This document shows, piece after piece, positions 1 through 8,103 of a stretch of 64,000 bases of DNA. Position numbers and translations under genes: made by a program. Origin of the DNA: Candidatus Omnitrophota bacterium (GTDB lineage: Bacteria; Omnitrophota; Gorgyraeia; Gorgyraeales; Gorgyraeaceae); the NCBI GenBank assembly GCA_043814965.1, contig JBDRJN010000033.1:1379-65378 (forward strand), read 5' to 3'. Under the pieces are notes generated by a model, which saw only the letters and a list, made by a program, of their open reading frames with translations, searched no databases and had not been told where the DNA came from. The stretch's first letter is position 1, and each line of letters opens with the position of its first letter.

Positions 1-503
1 AAGGCCTTGATATCTTAGATGAAGAACTCTTTCAATTAAGCGGAGCAGGGTCAGTAGGGCGCCTTCATATAGCGCATCTTTTGGTTAAAAAAGGATATGT
101 AAGCTCTATAACAAGGGCTTTTAGGGATTATATAGGGAATAATGGGCCATGTTATGTGAGTAAATTCAAGATGACTCCCAAAGAAGCTATAGATATGATA
201 AATAAATTTGGCGGGGTAAGCATCCTGGCCCACCCTGGAACAATAAATACTAAAAATAGGACGATTGAAGAGACAATGGAGTTCTTGATCAAAGATGGCA
301 TAAAGGGTATAGAGGTATACCACTCAGATCACAATAAGGCTAAAGAAACTAAATTTATGGATATAGCTAAAAGATATAGTTTGCTTATGGCAGGAGGGTC
401 GGATTGCCATGGCTTGGCAAAAAAAGATGTCTTGATAGGAAGAGTAAAGATCCCATACCATCTCGTAGAAGCAATAAAAGATGCAAGGCCTAAGAGGAAG
501 TAA
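1..503 (+). CDS. PHP-domain phosphoesterase (TrpH/YciV-like), 5'-truncated at window edge
   Basis: In-frame translation from nt 3 gives ...VGRLHIAHLLVKKGY...ILAHPG...HSDH...GGSDCHG, typical PHP metal-binding His/Asp motifs. The listed ORF start at 81 is internal and the frame is open to the window edge. Confidence 0.6.
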   Translation, partial: GLDILDEELFQLSGAGSVGRLHIAHLLVKKGYVSSITRAFRDYIGNNGPCYVSKFKMTPKEAIDMINKFGGVSILAHPGTINTKNRTIEETMEFLIKDGIKGIEVYHSDHNKAKETKFMDIAKRYSLLMAGGSDCHGLAKKDVLIGRVKIPYHLVEAIKDARPKRK

Positions 504-510
504 TCTTTAT

Positions 511-1620
511 ATGAAAAGTCAAATATATTTTATGAAAAGGGCTATAGAACTAGCAAAAAAAGGCATGTTCACTACTAGCCCCAATCCTATGGTAGGGGCT
601 ATTGTAGTAAAGAATGAAAAAGTCATCTCCGAAAGTTATCATAAAAGAGCTGGCAGTCTTCATGCAGAAGCGATGGCTATCAAAAAAGCTGGTAAGCGCG
701 CAAAAGGCGCTACATTGTATGTGACTCTTGAGCCATGCAGTCACATAGGCAGGACCCCGCCCTGTGTAGACAGTATCATTAAAAGCGGGATCAGTAAAGT
801 GATATGCGCTATGAAAGACCCAAATCCTTTAAATAATGGAAAAGGGATAGAGATATTACGCCGTAACAAGATAAAAGTGTCAGTAGGTTTATTAGAAAAA
901 GAAGCAAAAGAACTAAATCATATATTCATTAAATACATAACAGAAAAACTCCCGTTCGTGATATTAAAACTTGCTGAGAGCCTGGATGGCAAAATAGCTA
1001 CAAGAAAATATGATTCTAAATGGATAACGAGTGAATCCTCGAGAGAATATGCGCATAAACTGCGCAGTGAGGCGGATGCTGTTTTAGTAGGAGTAAATAC
1101 TATAATAAAAGATGACCCATTCCTTACATCCAGGAGCGCCAGGTCGCCTATAAAGGTCATACTTGATCCAACGTTAAGGATACCTGATAGGTCAAAGATA
1201 TTTTCTAAGGCCTCTCCGTCGCTCAATATAATAGCAGTGCTTAAAAAGACATTGATGGATAAAAAAAACCTGGAGAAAATAGTGAGATTAAATAAAAAAG
1301 GGGTTATGCTCATAGCCTGCCAAGGTAGAAAAGGCAAAATAGACTTAAAAAGATTTTTACACGAATTAGCTGAACTTGAGGTATCAACCCTATTGGTAGA
1401 GGGCGGAGGAGAGACCATAGCTGGCTTTCTGGAGCAAGGCCTTGTAGATAAGGCGCTGTTTTTTATAGCGCCCAAGATAATCGGCGGTAAAAATGCCATA
1501 GGTAGCGTAGGCGGCATAGGTATAGAAAAGATAAAAGACGCAATAGAGTTAAAGGGTATAAAAGTAGATATTATTGATAAGGATATACTGGTGAGCGGAT
1601 ATGTTTACAGGAATAATTGA
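511..1620 (+). CDS. ribD: bifunctional riboflavin biosynthesis deaminase/reductase RibD
   Basis: CMP/dCMP deaminase zinc motif HAEAMAI...LYVTLEPCSHIGRTPPC plus a C-terminal RibD reductase domain. ATG at 511 follows an AAGAGGAAG ribosome-binding site; the track start at 481 overlaps the previous gene. Confidence 0.85.
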   Translation: MKSQIYFMKRAIELAKKGMFTTSPNPMVGAIVVKNEKVISESYHKRAGSLHAEAMAIKKAGKRAKGATLYVTLEPCSHIGRTPPCVDSIIKSGISKVICAMKDPNPLNNGKGIEILRRNKIKVSVGLLEKEAKELNHIFIKYITEKLPFVILKLAESLDGKIATRKYDSKWITSESSREYAHKLRSEADAVLVGVNTIIKDDPFLTSRSARSPIKVILDPTLRIPDRSKIFSKASPSLNIIAVLKKTLMDKKNLEKIVRLNKKGVMLIACQGRKGKIDLKRFLHELAELEVSTLLVEGGGETIAGFLEQGLVDKALFFIAPKIIGGKNAIGSVGGIGIEKIKDAIELKGIKVDIIDKDILVSGYVYRNN

Positions 1621-2227
1621 AGAGATTGGAAGAGTCGAGCTTATTAAAAAAAACGTGTCAGGATCTTCTATATCAATAGAGACAAAGGCTATTTATTCTG
1701 ATGTTAAGATAGGTGATTCTATAGCTATCAATGGAATATGTCTTACAGTGACTAATATAGATAAAAAAGTATTATCTTTTGATGTGATGAAAGAGAGTTT
1801 TGACAGGACTGCATTGGATAGCCTAAAGACAGGAAGTCTTGTAAATCTTGAAAGAAGCCTTAAGCTGGATTCGAGGCTAGGCGGCCACTTTGTATCAGGC
1901 CATGTTGATTATAAGGGTAAGATAATATCGATAATCAAGGATAAGTCAGGCGTAACTTTCAGCATATCTTTACCTCTTGAGTTCTCAAAATTTGTAGCTC
2001 CCAAAGGCTCTATCACTCTAGATGGTATAAGCCTTACAGTAGGAGAAGTCGAGAGGGAGAGGTTTAACGTATATCTTATCCCGCATACTCTCAAGGCCAC
2101 TACATTAGGGATGAAGAAAAATGGGGACTTTCTTAATGTAGAAGTTGATCTTATCTCAAAATACCTCTCAAGGCATACCAAATCTCCCAGCCTGGAAGGC
2201 CTTCTAAAAAAATACGACTATATGTAA
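1601..2227 (+). CDS. ribE: riboflavin synthase alpha subunit
   Basis: N-terminus MFTGIIEEIGRV and duplicated lumazine-binding repeats. Directly downstream of and overlapping ribD. Confidence 0.85.
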   Translation: MFTGIIEEIGRVELIKKNVSGSSISIETKAIYSDVKIGDSIAINGICLTVTNIDKKVLSFDVMKESFDRTALDSLKTGSLVNLERSLKLDSRLGGHFVSGHVDYKGKIISIIKDKSGVTFSISLPLEFSKFVAPKGSITLDGISLTVGEVERERFNVYLIPHTLKATTLGMKKNGDFLNVEVDLISKYLSRHTKSPSLEGLLKKYDYM

Positions 2228-2274
2228 TATTTTATATATTTTAGCTTTTAAATATAGGTTAAACCTTATCTAAG

Positions 2275-2300
2275 GTAGGGGAGCTTTAAAGCTCCCCTAC
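2275..2300. repeat. REP-like 26-nt GC palindrome GTAGGGGAGCTTTAAAGCTCCCCTAC, copy 1 of 4
   Basis: Perfect 11-bp stem around a TTAA centre, just after the ribE stop. Near-identical copies at 32793, 56495 and 56572. Confidence 0.7.
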
Positions 2301-2519
2301 TACTAAAATGCCTAATAAAAGACTAAAATTTCAATTCGCTCACAATATCTCTTATCAACCTTAGGGTATGCTGTCCAAGCATTCAAGATAATACAGGTAT
2401 GTTATATATTTAAGTGCTGTTTTTTGTTACTCTTGACTAGGGAGGCTCATTAAAAAAGGCTTTTCAAGTAGTACTTTATTTGAACATATAGCCTCAGTTT
2501 TGACATTAACTAGTAATAA

Positions 2520-2770
2520 TAGTAGGACGTTCCATATAAGCGAATTTGAAAATTTAGATTATGAGCAGTTTGTCGGTTTTTAAAAGGCTGAAAACTGTAT
2601 GAGGTCGACACCATGCTTGTGTCGACCGAGTTTTTTCAGCCCCGACAAACTGTGATATAAAAGTCGACCCCCGATTAATATTATTATCTATTAATTAATA
2701 TTGCTACATTACAAGCAAAGAGAGGGGGAATTTTCAGTTGAGCTTATAGGGAACGTCCTACTATACCTCT
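2520..2770. mobile_element. MITE-like element bounded by ~23-bp inverted repeats (ATAGTAGGACGTTCC...); encloses a long nested hairpin
   Basis: Left end aatagtaggacgttccatataag versus right end cttatagggaacgtcctactat. Internal nested inverted repeats: cagtttgtcgg/ccgacaaactg, ggctgaaaac/gttttttcagcc and ggtcgacac/gtgtcgacc. No ORF inside. Confidence 0.45.
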
Positions 2771-2814
2771 ATAAGCATACAAGATTAAACTTAGGCCTAA
2801 GGCTTCTTTTCCAC

Positions 2815-2843
2815 TTCCCAAACCATATATATTTTAGTATAAT
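2815..2843 (+). promoter_or_regulatory. candidate sigma70-type promoter for rmuC (TTCCCA-N17-TATAAT)
   Basis: Perfect TATAAT at 2838-2843 with a -35-like hexamer 17 nt upstream. An AGGAGA ribosome-binding site precedes the ATG at 2868. Confidence 0.35.
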
Positions 2844-2867
2844 ACATTAAAGATAGGAGATATATAC

Positions 2868-3920
2868 ATGGCAATACTAATTACCAGTATGATATGGGTG
2901 TCTGTAGTCCTTGCGGTGGCTTTGGTCTTTTCAAGAAAGATCAAGGATAAATTAGTAAAAGACAACGAGGATAAGATCAATGTGCTTCGCTCAGAATGGA
3001 GTGATACTCTTTCTAGGAATACACAATTGATCCTGGACCAGATGAATGAGGCCAGGAAGCTTTCTCAAGATGTAAATAGCTCTATAAATAACAGGCTGGA
3101 TAATGCTACAAAGACTTTTGGCGATGTACAGAAGAGCCTTGGTTATCTCGGAGAGAGGGCCAAGGAGATATATGAGATAGGAAAGGATATATCCAGCTTA
3201 CAGGAGATCCTGAGGGCTCCAAAGATGAGAGGCGGGCTGGGGGAGCTCTTTTTGGAGAACCTATTAGGAGAGATATTGCCTCATAAAGACCTTTATGAGC
3301 TTCAGTATAATTTTAAAAGCGGGGAAAGGGTGGATGCGGTCATAAAGATAGGCAATAAGCTAGTAAGCGTTGATTCAAAGTTCCCTCTTGAGAGTTTCAG
3401 GAGGTTTATTGATGCAAAGGAAGAAGAGGATAAAAAGCGTTTTAAAAGGGAATTTGTAAAAGCAGTAAAGGACCATATAGATTCGATAGCTGCTAAATAT
3501 ATCCTTCCGGATGAAAATACCTATGATTTTGCATTGATGTATATACCTGCTGAAAATGTCTATTATGAGGCTATCATCAAAGATGATAATTTTGCAGATG
3601 GAAATTCTATTTTCTCGCAGGCTATATCCAAGAAAGTGATACCAGTCTCACCAAATAGTTTTTACGCGTATCTACAGGTCATAATCCTGGGTATCAGGGG
3701 CCTTCGCATAGAAAAAGATACTCAAGCTGTCATAAAGATGCTGGGGGCCTTAAAAGTGAACTTCTATAAATTCAGAGAGGAATTTAGTATACTAGGTTCG
3801 CATATAGAGAAGATAAAGTCCAGCTATGATAGGAGCGATAAGAGGCTGGATAGATTCGAGAACAAGCTATCCTCCATAGATTCTTTTGATAAAAAGAAAG
3901 AACCAAAAGAAATAGAATGA
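2868..3920 (+). CDS. rmuC: DNA recombination protein RmuC
   Basis: N-terminal transmembrane helix, coiled-coil region, and the conserved RmuC block KMRGGLGELFLENLLGEILP...VDAVIKIGNKLVSVDSKFPLESF. Confidence 0.75.
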   Translation: MAILITSMIWVSVVLAVALVFSRKIKDKLVKDNEDKINVLRSEWSDTLSRNTQLILDQMNEARKLSQDVNSSINNRLDNATKTFGDVQKSLGYLGERAKEIYEIGKDISSLQEILRAPKMRGGLGELFLENLLGEILPHKDLYELQYNFKSGERVDAVIKIGNKLVSVDSKFPLESFRRFIDAKEEEDKKRFKREFVKAVKDHIDSIAAKYILPDENTYDFALMYIPAENVYYEAIIKDDNFADGNSIFSQAISKKVIPVSPNSFYAYLQVIILGIRGLRIEKDTQAVIKMLGALKVNFYKFREEFSILGSHIEKIKSSYDRSDKRLDRFENKLSSIDSFDKKKEPKEIE

Positions 3921-3977
3921 TCCCGGAGAGCGGCTCAGTTTGGCTAGAGCGTCCGCCTTTAGGCGGAAGGCTCTGAG
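3921..3977 (+). pseudogene. tRNA-like 5' fragment: acceptor and D-arm resembling tRNA-Pro, with a short hairpin in place of the anticodon arm and no T-arm
   Basis: cggagagcggctcagtttggctagagcg matches 24 of 28 positions of the tRNA-Pro 5' half at 4234. It continues as tccgcctttaggcgga (5-bp stem, 6-nt loop), which cannot be a functional anticodon loop. No T-arm follows. Confidence 0.4.
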
Positions 3978-3979
3978 TT

Positions 3980-4231
3980 ATGTTTTATACTTATGTATTG
4001 AGAAGCAGAAAAAATAATAAGATATATAAAGGGCATACCAAAGATTTACAGAATAGATTGTCACAGCATAATACTGAGAATAGTAAAAAGAAATTTAGTT
4101 GTATAAATGGACCCTGGGAATTGATGTTTTTTGAAACTTTTAATACGAGGTCTGAAGCAATGAGGTATGAAAAGTTTTTAAAAACAGGCAAAGGCCGTGA
4201 ACATATAAGGGAAAAGATAGCTGAATTATAA
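3980..4231 (+). CDS. small GIY-YIG nuclease-domain protein (UPF0213/YhbQ-like)
   Basis: MFYTYVLRSRKNNKIYKGHTKDLQNRLSQHN...PWELMFFETFNTRSEAMRYEKFLKTGKGR contains the GIY-YIG signature: Y-x-Y-V-L, Y-K-G, R-L-x-Q-H-N and a downstream Glu. Wedged between the tRNA-like fragment and tRNA-Pro. Confidence 0.8.
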   Translation: MFYTYVLRSRKNNKIYKGHTKDLQNRLSQHNTENSKKKFSCINGPWELMFFETFNTRSEAMRYEKFLKTGKGREHIREKIAEL

Positions 4232-4233
4232 GG

Positions 4234-4311
4234 CGGGGAGTAGCTCAGTTTGGCTAGAGCGCTGCGTTCGGGACGCAGAGGCCGCTGGTTCAAGTCCAGT
4301 CTCCCCGACCA
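4234..4311 (+). tRNA. tRNA-Pro (anticodon CGG)
   Basis: Manual cloverleaf: acceptor CGGGGAG/CTCCCCG, D-arm GCTC-AGTTTGGCTA-GAGC, anticodon arm CTGCG-TTCGGGA-CGCAG, T-arm GCTGG-TTCAAGT-CCAGT, discriminator A, encoded CCA. Confidence 0.8.
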
Positions 4312-4324
4312 TAAGAATAGTTGT

Positions 4325-4402
4325 GGGGAGTGGACTTGTATTTTGTTAGAGCGTCCGCCTTGGGCGGAAGGCCGCTGGTTCAAGTCCAGTCTCCCCGACC
4401 AT
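4325..4402 (+). pseudogene. tRNA-like pseudo-copy: degenerate 5' part, hairpin in place of the anticodon arm, then an exact 33-nt copy of the tRNA-Pro 3' end
   Basis: 4369-4401 (aggccgctggttcaagtccagtctccccgacca) is identical to 4279-4311 of tRNA-Pro. No D-stem can be formed. The anticodon position holds tccgc-cttgg-gcgga (5-nt loop), the same hairpin type as at 3949. Confidence 0.5.
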
Positions 4403-4436
4403 GTCAGATTTAAACTTTATTTAAGGAGATAATATT

Positions 4437-4661
4437 ATGTTAAGATCTTTAATGTGTATTGCAAAAATATTTATCATTATATGTATATTTTATATTGTAT
4501 TTCCTAAAGCAAGTTATGCGTATATTGATCCAGGTTCGGGTAGTTTTGTGATCCAGTTAGTCATAGGGGCGCTATGTGGCTTGTCTTTTTTGGTCAAAGT
4601 CTACTGGAGAAAGATCATAAGTTTCTTTAGTAATATTTTTTCAAGGGACAAAAAAAAGTAA
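4437..4661 (+). CDS. small hydrophobic membrane protein (hypothetical)
   Basis: AAGGAG ribosome-binding site 8 nt upstream. Two predicted transmembrane helices. First gene of a tightly spaced three-gene operon. Confidence 0.5.
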   Translation: MLRSLMCIAKIFIIICIFYIVFPKASYAYIDPGSGSFVIQLVIGALCGLSFLVKVYWRKIISFFSNIFSRDKKK

Positions 4662-4665
4662 AAAT

Positions 4666-6051
4666 ATGAATATTAAGAATATCCCATGTTCTTTTCGAGA
4701 TCCAAGCGGTTTTTTATTTTTAGAAGACAATATTCTTTATAGACAGGTCAATGGTTCATATAAAGAAGATTATGACTACTTGATGTCATCGGGTCTCTAT
4801 AAGGCTCTTACAGATGCTGGATTATTAATACCTCATGAAGAAGCTGATAGGAAGCATATAGGATCTGATAAAGCTTATAAAGTAATAAGGCCAGAAAAAA
4901 TACCTTTTATATCATATCCTTATGAATGGTGTTTTAGCCAATTAAAAGAAGCTGCTCTAGCTACGCTCAAGATACAAAAGATAAGCCTTCAGTTCGGTAT
5001 GTCTTTAAAGGATTGCAGTGCTTATAACATGCAATTTATAGAGAATAAACCTGTTCTTATCGATACACTTTCTTTTGAGAAATACCGCGACAAAGAGCCT
5101 TGGGCTCCCTATAGGCAGTTCTGCCAGCATTTTCTTGCTCCTTTGGCTCTAATGAGTTATAAAGATGTCAGGCTAAATCAGTTGTTACGGATCTATATAG
5201 ATGGAGTCCCTTTGGACCTAGCAAGTTCGCTGCTTCCATTCTATACTTTTTTAAACTTCCCTATATTGTCCCATATACACCTACACTCAAAGAGTCAAAA
5301 ATATTTTTCTGATAAAACAATAAAGATGAAACAATATAGCATGAGCCGCTTATCTCTTTTGGGGCTTATTGATAGTTTGGAATCAATAGTTGGCAAGCTC
5401 AGATGGCAGGTCAAACAAAGCGAATGGATCGACTATTATGAGGATACTAATTATTCCTTAGAAGCCTTGGAGCAAAAAAAAGAGATCGTGTCTGCATTTT
5501 TAGATGAAGTCAAACCGGGTGTTGTTTGGGATCTGGGCGGGAATATAGGGTTATTCAGCAGGATCGCTGGCAATAAAGGGATATATAGCATTTCTTTTGA
5601 TATGGATCCATGCGTTATCGAAAAGAGCTATAAAGAGTGCCTTAAGAATAGAGAAAAAAATATACTTCCATTGATAATAGACCTGACTAATCCCAGCCCT
5701 AGCATTGGATGGGAGAACAAAGAAAGGATGTCTCTTATAGAGCGCGGTCCTGTAGATTTGGCTCTAGCCTTAGCTTTAGTGCATCATCTTGCCATAGGCA
5801 ACAACCTCCCATTTAGTAAAATTGCAGAATTTTTCAGCAATATCTGTAAGGCCCTTATTATAGAATTCATACCAAAAAGCGATTCACAGGTTCAAAGGCT
5901 CTTATCAAGCAGAGAGGATATCTTTTTAGATTACACAAAAGAGCATTTTGAAGGAGAGTTCAGGAAGTATTTTGATATAGAAAATTCAGTAAAGATCAAA
6001 AGTTCTGAGAGAGTCTTATATCTGATGACAAAATTAGGCCCTAAAACATGA
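4666..6051 (+). CDS. two-domain protein: N-terminal domain of unknown function fused to a C-terminal class I SAM-dependent methyltransferase
   Basis: C-terminal half VWDLGGNIGLFSRIAG...IIDLTNPSP...VDLALALALVHHL matches Rossmann methyltransferase motifs I-III. The N-terminal ~250 aa (CSFRDPSGF...YPYEW...) are not assignable from sequence alone. Confidence 0.6.
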   Translation: MNIKNIPCSFRDPSGFLFLEDNILYRQVNGSYKEDYDYLMSSGLYKALTDAGLLIPHEEADRKHIGSDKAYKVIRPEKIPFISYPYEWCFSQLKEAALATLKIQKISLQFGMSLKDCSAYNMQFIENKPVLIDTLSFEKYRDKEPWAPYRQFCQHFLAPLALMSYKDVRLNQLLRIYIDGVPLDLASSLLPFYTFLNFPILSHIHLHSKSQKYFSDKTIKMKQYSMSRLSLLGLIDSLESIVGKLRWQVKQSEWIDYYEDTNYSLEALEQKKEIVSAFLDEVKPGVVWDLGGNIGLFSRIAGNKGIYSISFDMDPCVIEKSYKECLKNREKNILPLIIDLTNPSPSIGWENKERMSLIERGPVDLALALALVHHLAIGNNLPFSKIAEFFSNICKALIIEFIPKSDSQVQRLLSSREDIFLDYTKEHFEGEFRKYFDIENSVKIKSSERVLYLMTKLGPKT

Positions 6052-7589
6052 AGAAACCTATTGTAATCCACCCATTTTTATTTACCGCGTTTCCGATCCT
6101 ATTTCTTTTTTATTATAATGTAGGAGAACTTGTTTTTTTTGATATCCTGGTCCCTCTAATCGTGTTACTGTTTTTTACATTTTTGTTGATACTGGTAATC
6201 CAGATATTTATTAGGGATAATTTAAAAACAGGTATTATAGTATCTATCTTTCTAACCTTATTTTTTTCTTATGGACATATATATGATATTTTAAATAAAT
6301 TTTTTCTAACCAGGCATAGATATATAATGCCGACATGGTGTATTGTTTTTAGCTATCTCTTATATATTGTTTTTAAGACAAAGAAAAAATTATTTAATAT
6401 TACAAAAGCGTTAAATATAGCATCTTTATCTTTAATTATAATTTTTCTTATAAATATTAGTATATATGAGATCAAATCAGCTTGCAGCATGAATGCTGAT
6501 ATAAAGTTAAAAGACATGAACTCAGGGAATGGGACATCTAGCAATATAAACGACTATAGAGATATTTATTATATTATTTTAGATGCGTATGCGAGTCAGG
6601 ATACCTTAAAAGAGGTCTATAATTACGATAATCAGGAGTTTATAGACTACCTGGTTAGTAAGGGTTTTTATGTAGCGACCAAGAGCTGTAGTAATTACCC
6701 ATTTACCTATTATTCGTTAGCCTCTTTTCTAAATATGTCTTATCTCGATGATTTAGCTTATCTATCCGGAAAATGGCCAAATGATTACAGGATTTTTTAT
6801 AATCTTATACAAGATAATAAAATAGTAAGATTTCTTAAGTCAAAAAAGTATAAATTTATATGTTTTCAATCAGGCGAAGGGGCTACGGATTATTATAAAA
6901 ATGCTGATTTAAATATAAGGAAAAATACATGGTGCGGCATAAAGAGGCCGGATTTTGTTATGATCTTGGCTAAAACCACAGCGATAGGGTATTTTATTAG
7001 GCCTTTAATGGCGGATTTTGCCAGAGAATTAAGGCTTTTTGTTCTTACTGAACTTGGAGAAATATATAAGATAAAAGGCCCAAAATTTATCTTTGCCCAC
7101 ATAATCTGCCCTCATTCTCCTTATGTATTTGGCGCGGATGGGCGATCTGTTTCAATATTAGAGCCAGAGATCACTATTAAAGATGTGGAGGAAGACAGAA
7201 AAGCGTATATAAACCAGCTAATATTCCTTAATAAAAAAGTTGAAAAACTTATTGAAGATATATTATCTAGATCAGAGACTCCCCCGGTCATTATACTGCA
7301 GGGAGACCATGGGACTAGATCAACGTTTCGTTCGTTAAAAAGATTAGATATGGATAATCTTACAGAGAAAAATCTTAAAGAAAGGATGCGTATACTTAAC
7401 GCATATTATTTACCGGGAGGTGGTAAGGATCTTTTGTATCCTTCTATAACGCCGGTCAATACCTTCAGGATAATATTTAATTTTTATTTTAGTTCAAGTT
7501 TTAAATTATTGGAAGACAGGAGTTATTTCTCTATTTATAAAGGCAGTTTTTATAAATTTATTGATGTGACTGATAAAGTTAAATATTAA
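6048..7589 (+). CDS. membrane-anchored sulfatase/LtaS-like (alkaline-phosphatase superfamily) protein
   Basis: About five N-terminal transmembrane helices, then an extracytoplasmic domain with YYIILDAYAS...HIICPHSPYVF...ILQGDHGTRS, typical of LTA synthase or phosphoglycerol/phosphoethanolamine transferase sulfatase folds. ATGA overlap with the upstream gene. Confidence 0.55.
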   Translation: MKKPIVIHPFLFTAFPILFLFYYNVGELVFFDILVPLIVLLFFTFLLILVIQIFIRDNLKTGIIVSIFLTLFFSYGHIYDILNKFFLTRHRYIMPTWCIVFSYLLYIVFKTKKKLFNITKALNIASLSLIIIFLINISIYEIKSACSMNADIKLKDMNSGNGTSSNINDYRDIYYIILDAYASQDTLKEVYNYDNQEFIDYLVSKGFYVATKSCSNYPFTYYSLASFLNMSYLDDLAYLSGKWPNDYRIFYNLIQDNKIVRFLKSKKYKFICFQSGEGATDYYKNADLNIRKNTWCGIKRPDFVMILAKTTAIGYFIRPLMADFARELRLFVLTELGEIYKIKGPKFIFAHIICPHSPYVFGADGRSVSILEPEITIKDVEEDRKAYINQLIFLNKKVEKLIEDILSRSETPPVIILQGDHGTRSTFRSLKRLDMDNLTEKNLKERMRILNAYYLPGGGKDLLYPSITPVNTFRIIFNFYFSSSFKLLEDRSYFSIYKGSFYKFIDVTDKVKY

Positions 7590-7618
7590 GTTAATAGAAA
7601 CAACTGAAAGGAGAGACA

Positions 7619-8098
7619 ATGTCAAATCTATTCAATGTAGCAGAGGTGATCGATATGGGTATTGAAAAGGAAAAGCGCAGGAGAGATTTTTATGCGCTGG
7701 TAGCCGAGAGGTTTACCAATAAGGACTTAAAAGAACTCTTTACAAAGCTAAAGAACTGGGAAGAAGGCCATATCAAAAAATTCAGCGGCATCAAAAAGAA
7801 CGTAGAAGAGATCGAGGCAACAGATAAATATCCAGGAGAGCTCAATGATTATATAAATGCTATGATAGACGATACATTATATGATCAGGTGCTTCCTGAT
7901 AAATTTGCAAAGGCTGTCGATACTCCCTTAAAGGCGATAGATTATGGTATAGGGTTTGAAAAAGATGCGATACTTTTCTTTACAGAGCTTTTAAGGTTCA
8001 CAGTCTCATCCTCATACAAGATAGAGATATCTAAGCTTATAGATGAAGAAAAAGAGCATATCATATATCTAACAACCCTAAAAAGAAAAATAAAGTAA
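7619..8098 (+). CDS. rubrerythrin/ferritin-like diiron domain protein
   Basis: Two E-x-x-H motifs (NWEEGHIKKF, EEKEHIIYL) in a predicted four-helix-bundle context. Confidence 0.5.
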   Translation: MSNLFNVAEVIDMGIEKEKRRRDFYALVAERFTNKDLKELFTKLKNWEEGHIKKFSGIKKNVEEIEATDKYPGELNDYINAMIDDTLYDQVLPDKFAKAVDTPLKAIDYGIGFEKDAILFFTELLRFTVSSSYKIEISKLIDEEKEHIIYLTTLKRKIK

Positions 8099-8103
8099 CT
8101 TTT

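Noticed and set aside
550-1517. Minus-strand ORFs of 64 and 199 aa inside ribD
   Set aside because: Antisense to a gene with clear RibD motifs, with low-complexity translation. The same reasoning covers the other minus-strand ORFs in the track, which sit inside ligA, priA, fmt, gap, glgA, valS, uvrB, ftsH and others. None shows a recognisable domain and all are typical antisense artefacts.
2228-2867. Candidate housekeeping structured RNA (6S, 4.5S/SRP, RNase P, tmRNA) in the 640-bp ribE-rmuC spacer
   Set aside because: None of the conserved cores I know could be found. The structure is better explained as an inverted-repeat-bounded element with a nested hairpin.
4250-4432. 60-aa + strand ORF (MARALRSGRRGRWFKSS...)
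   Set aside because: Lies entirely over tRNA-Pro and the tRNA-like pseudo-copy. Its repeated peptide (GRWFKSSLPDH x2) just reflects the duplicated tRNA 3' end.
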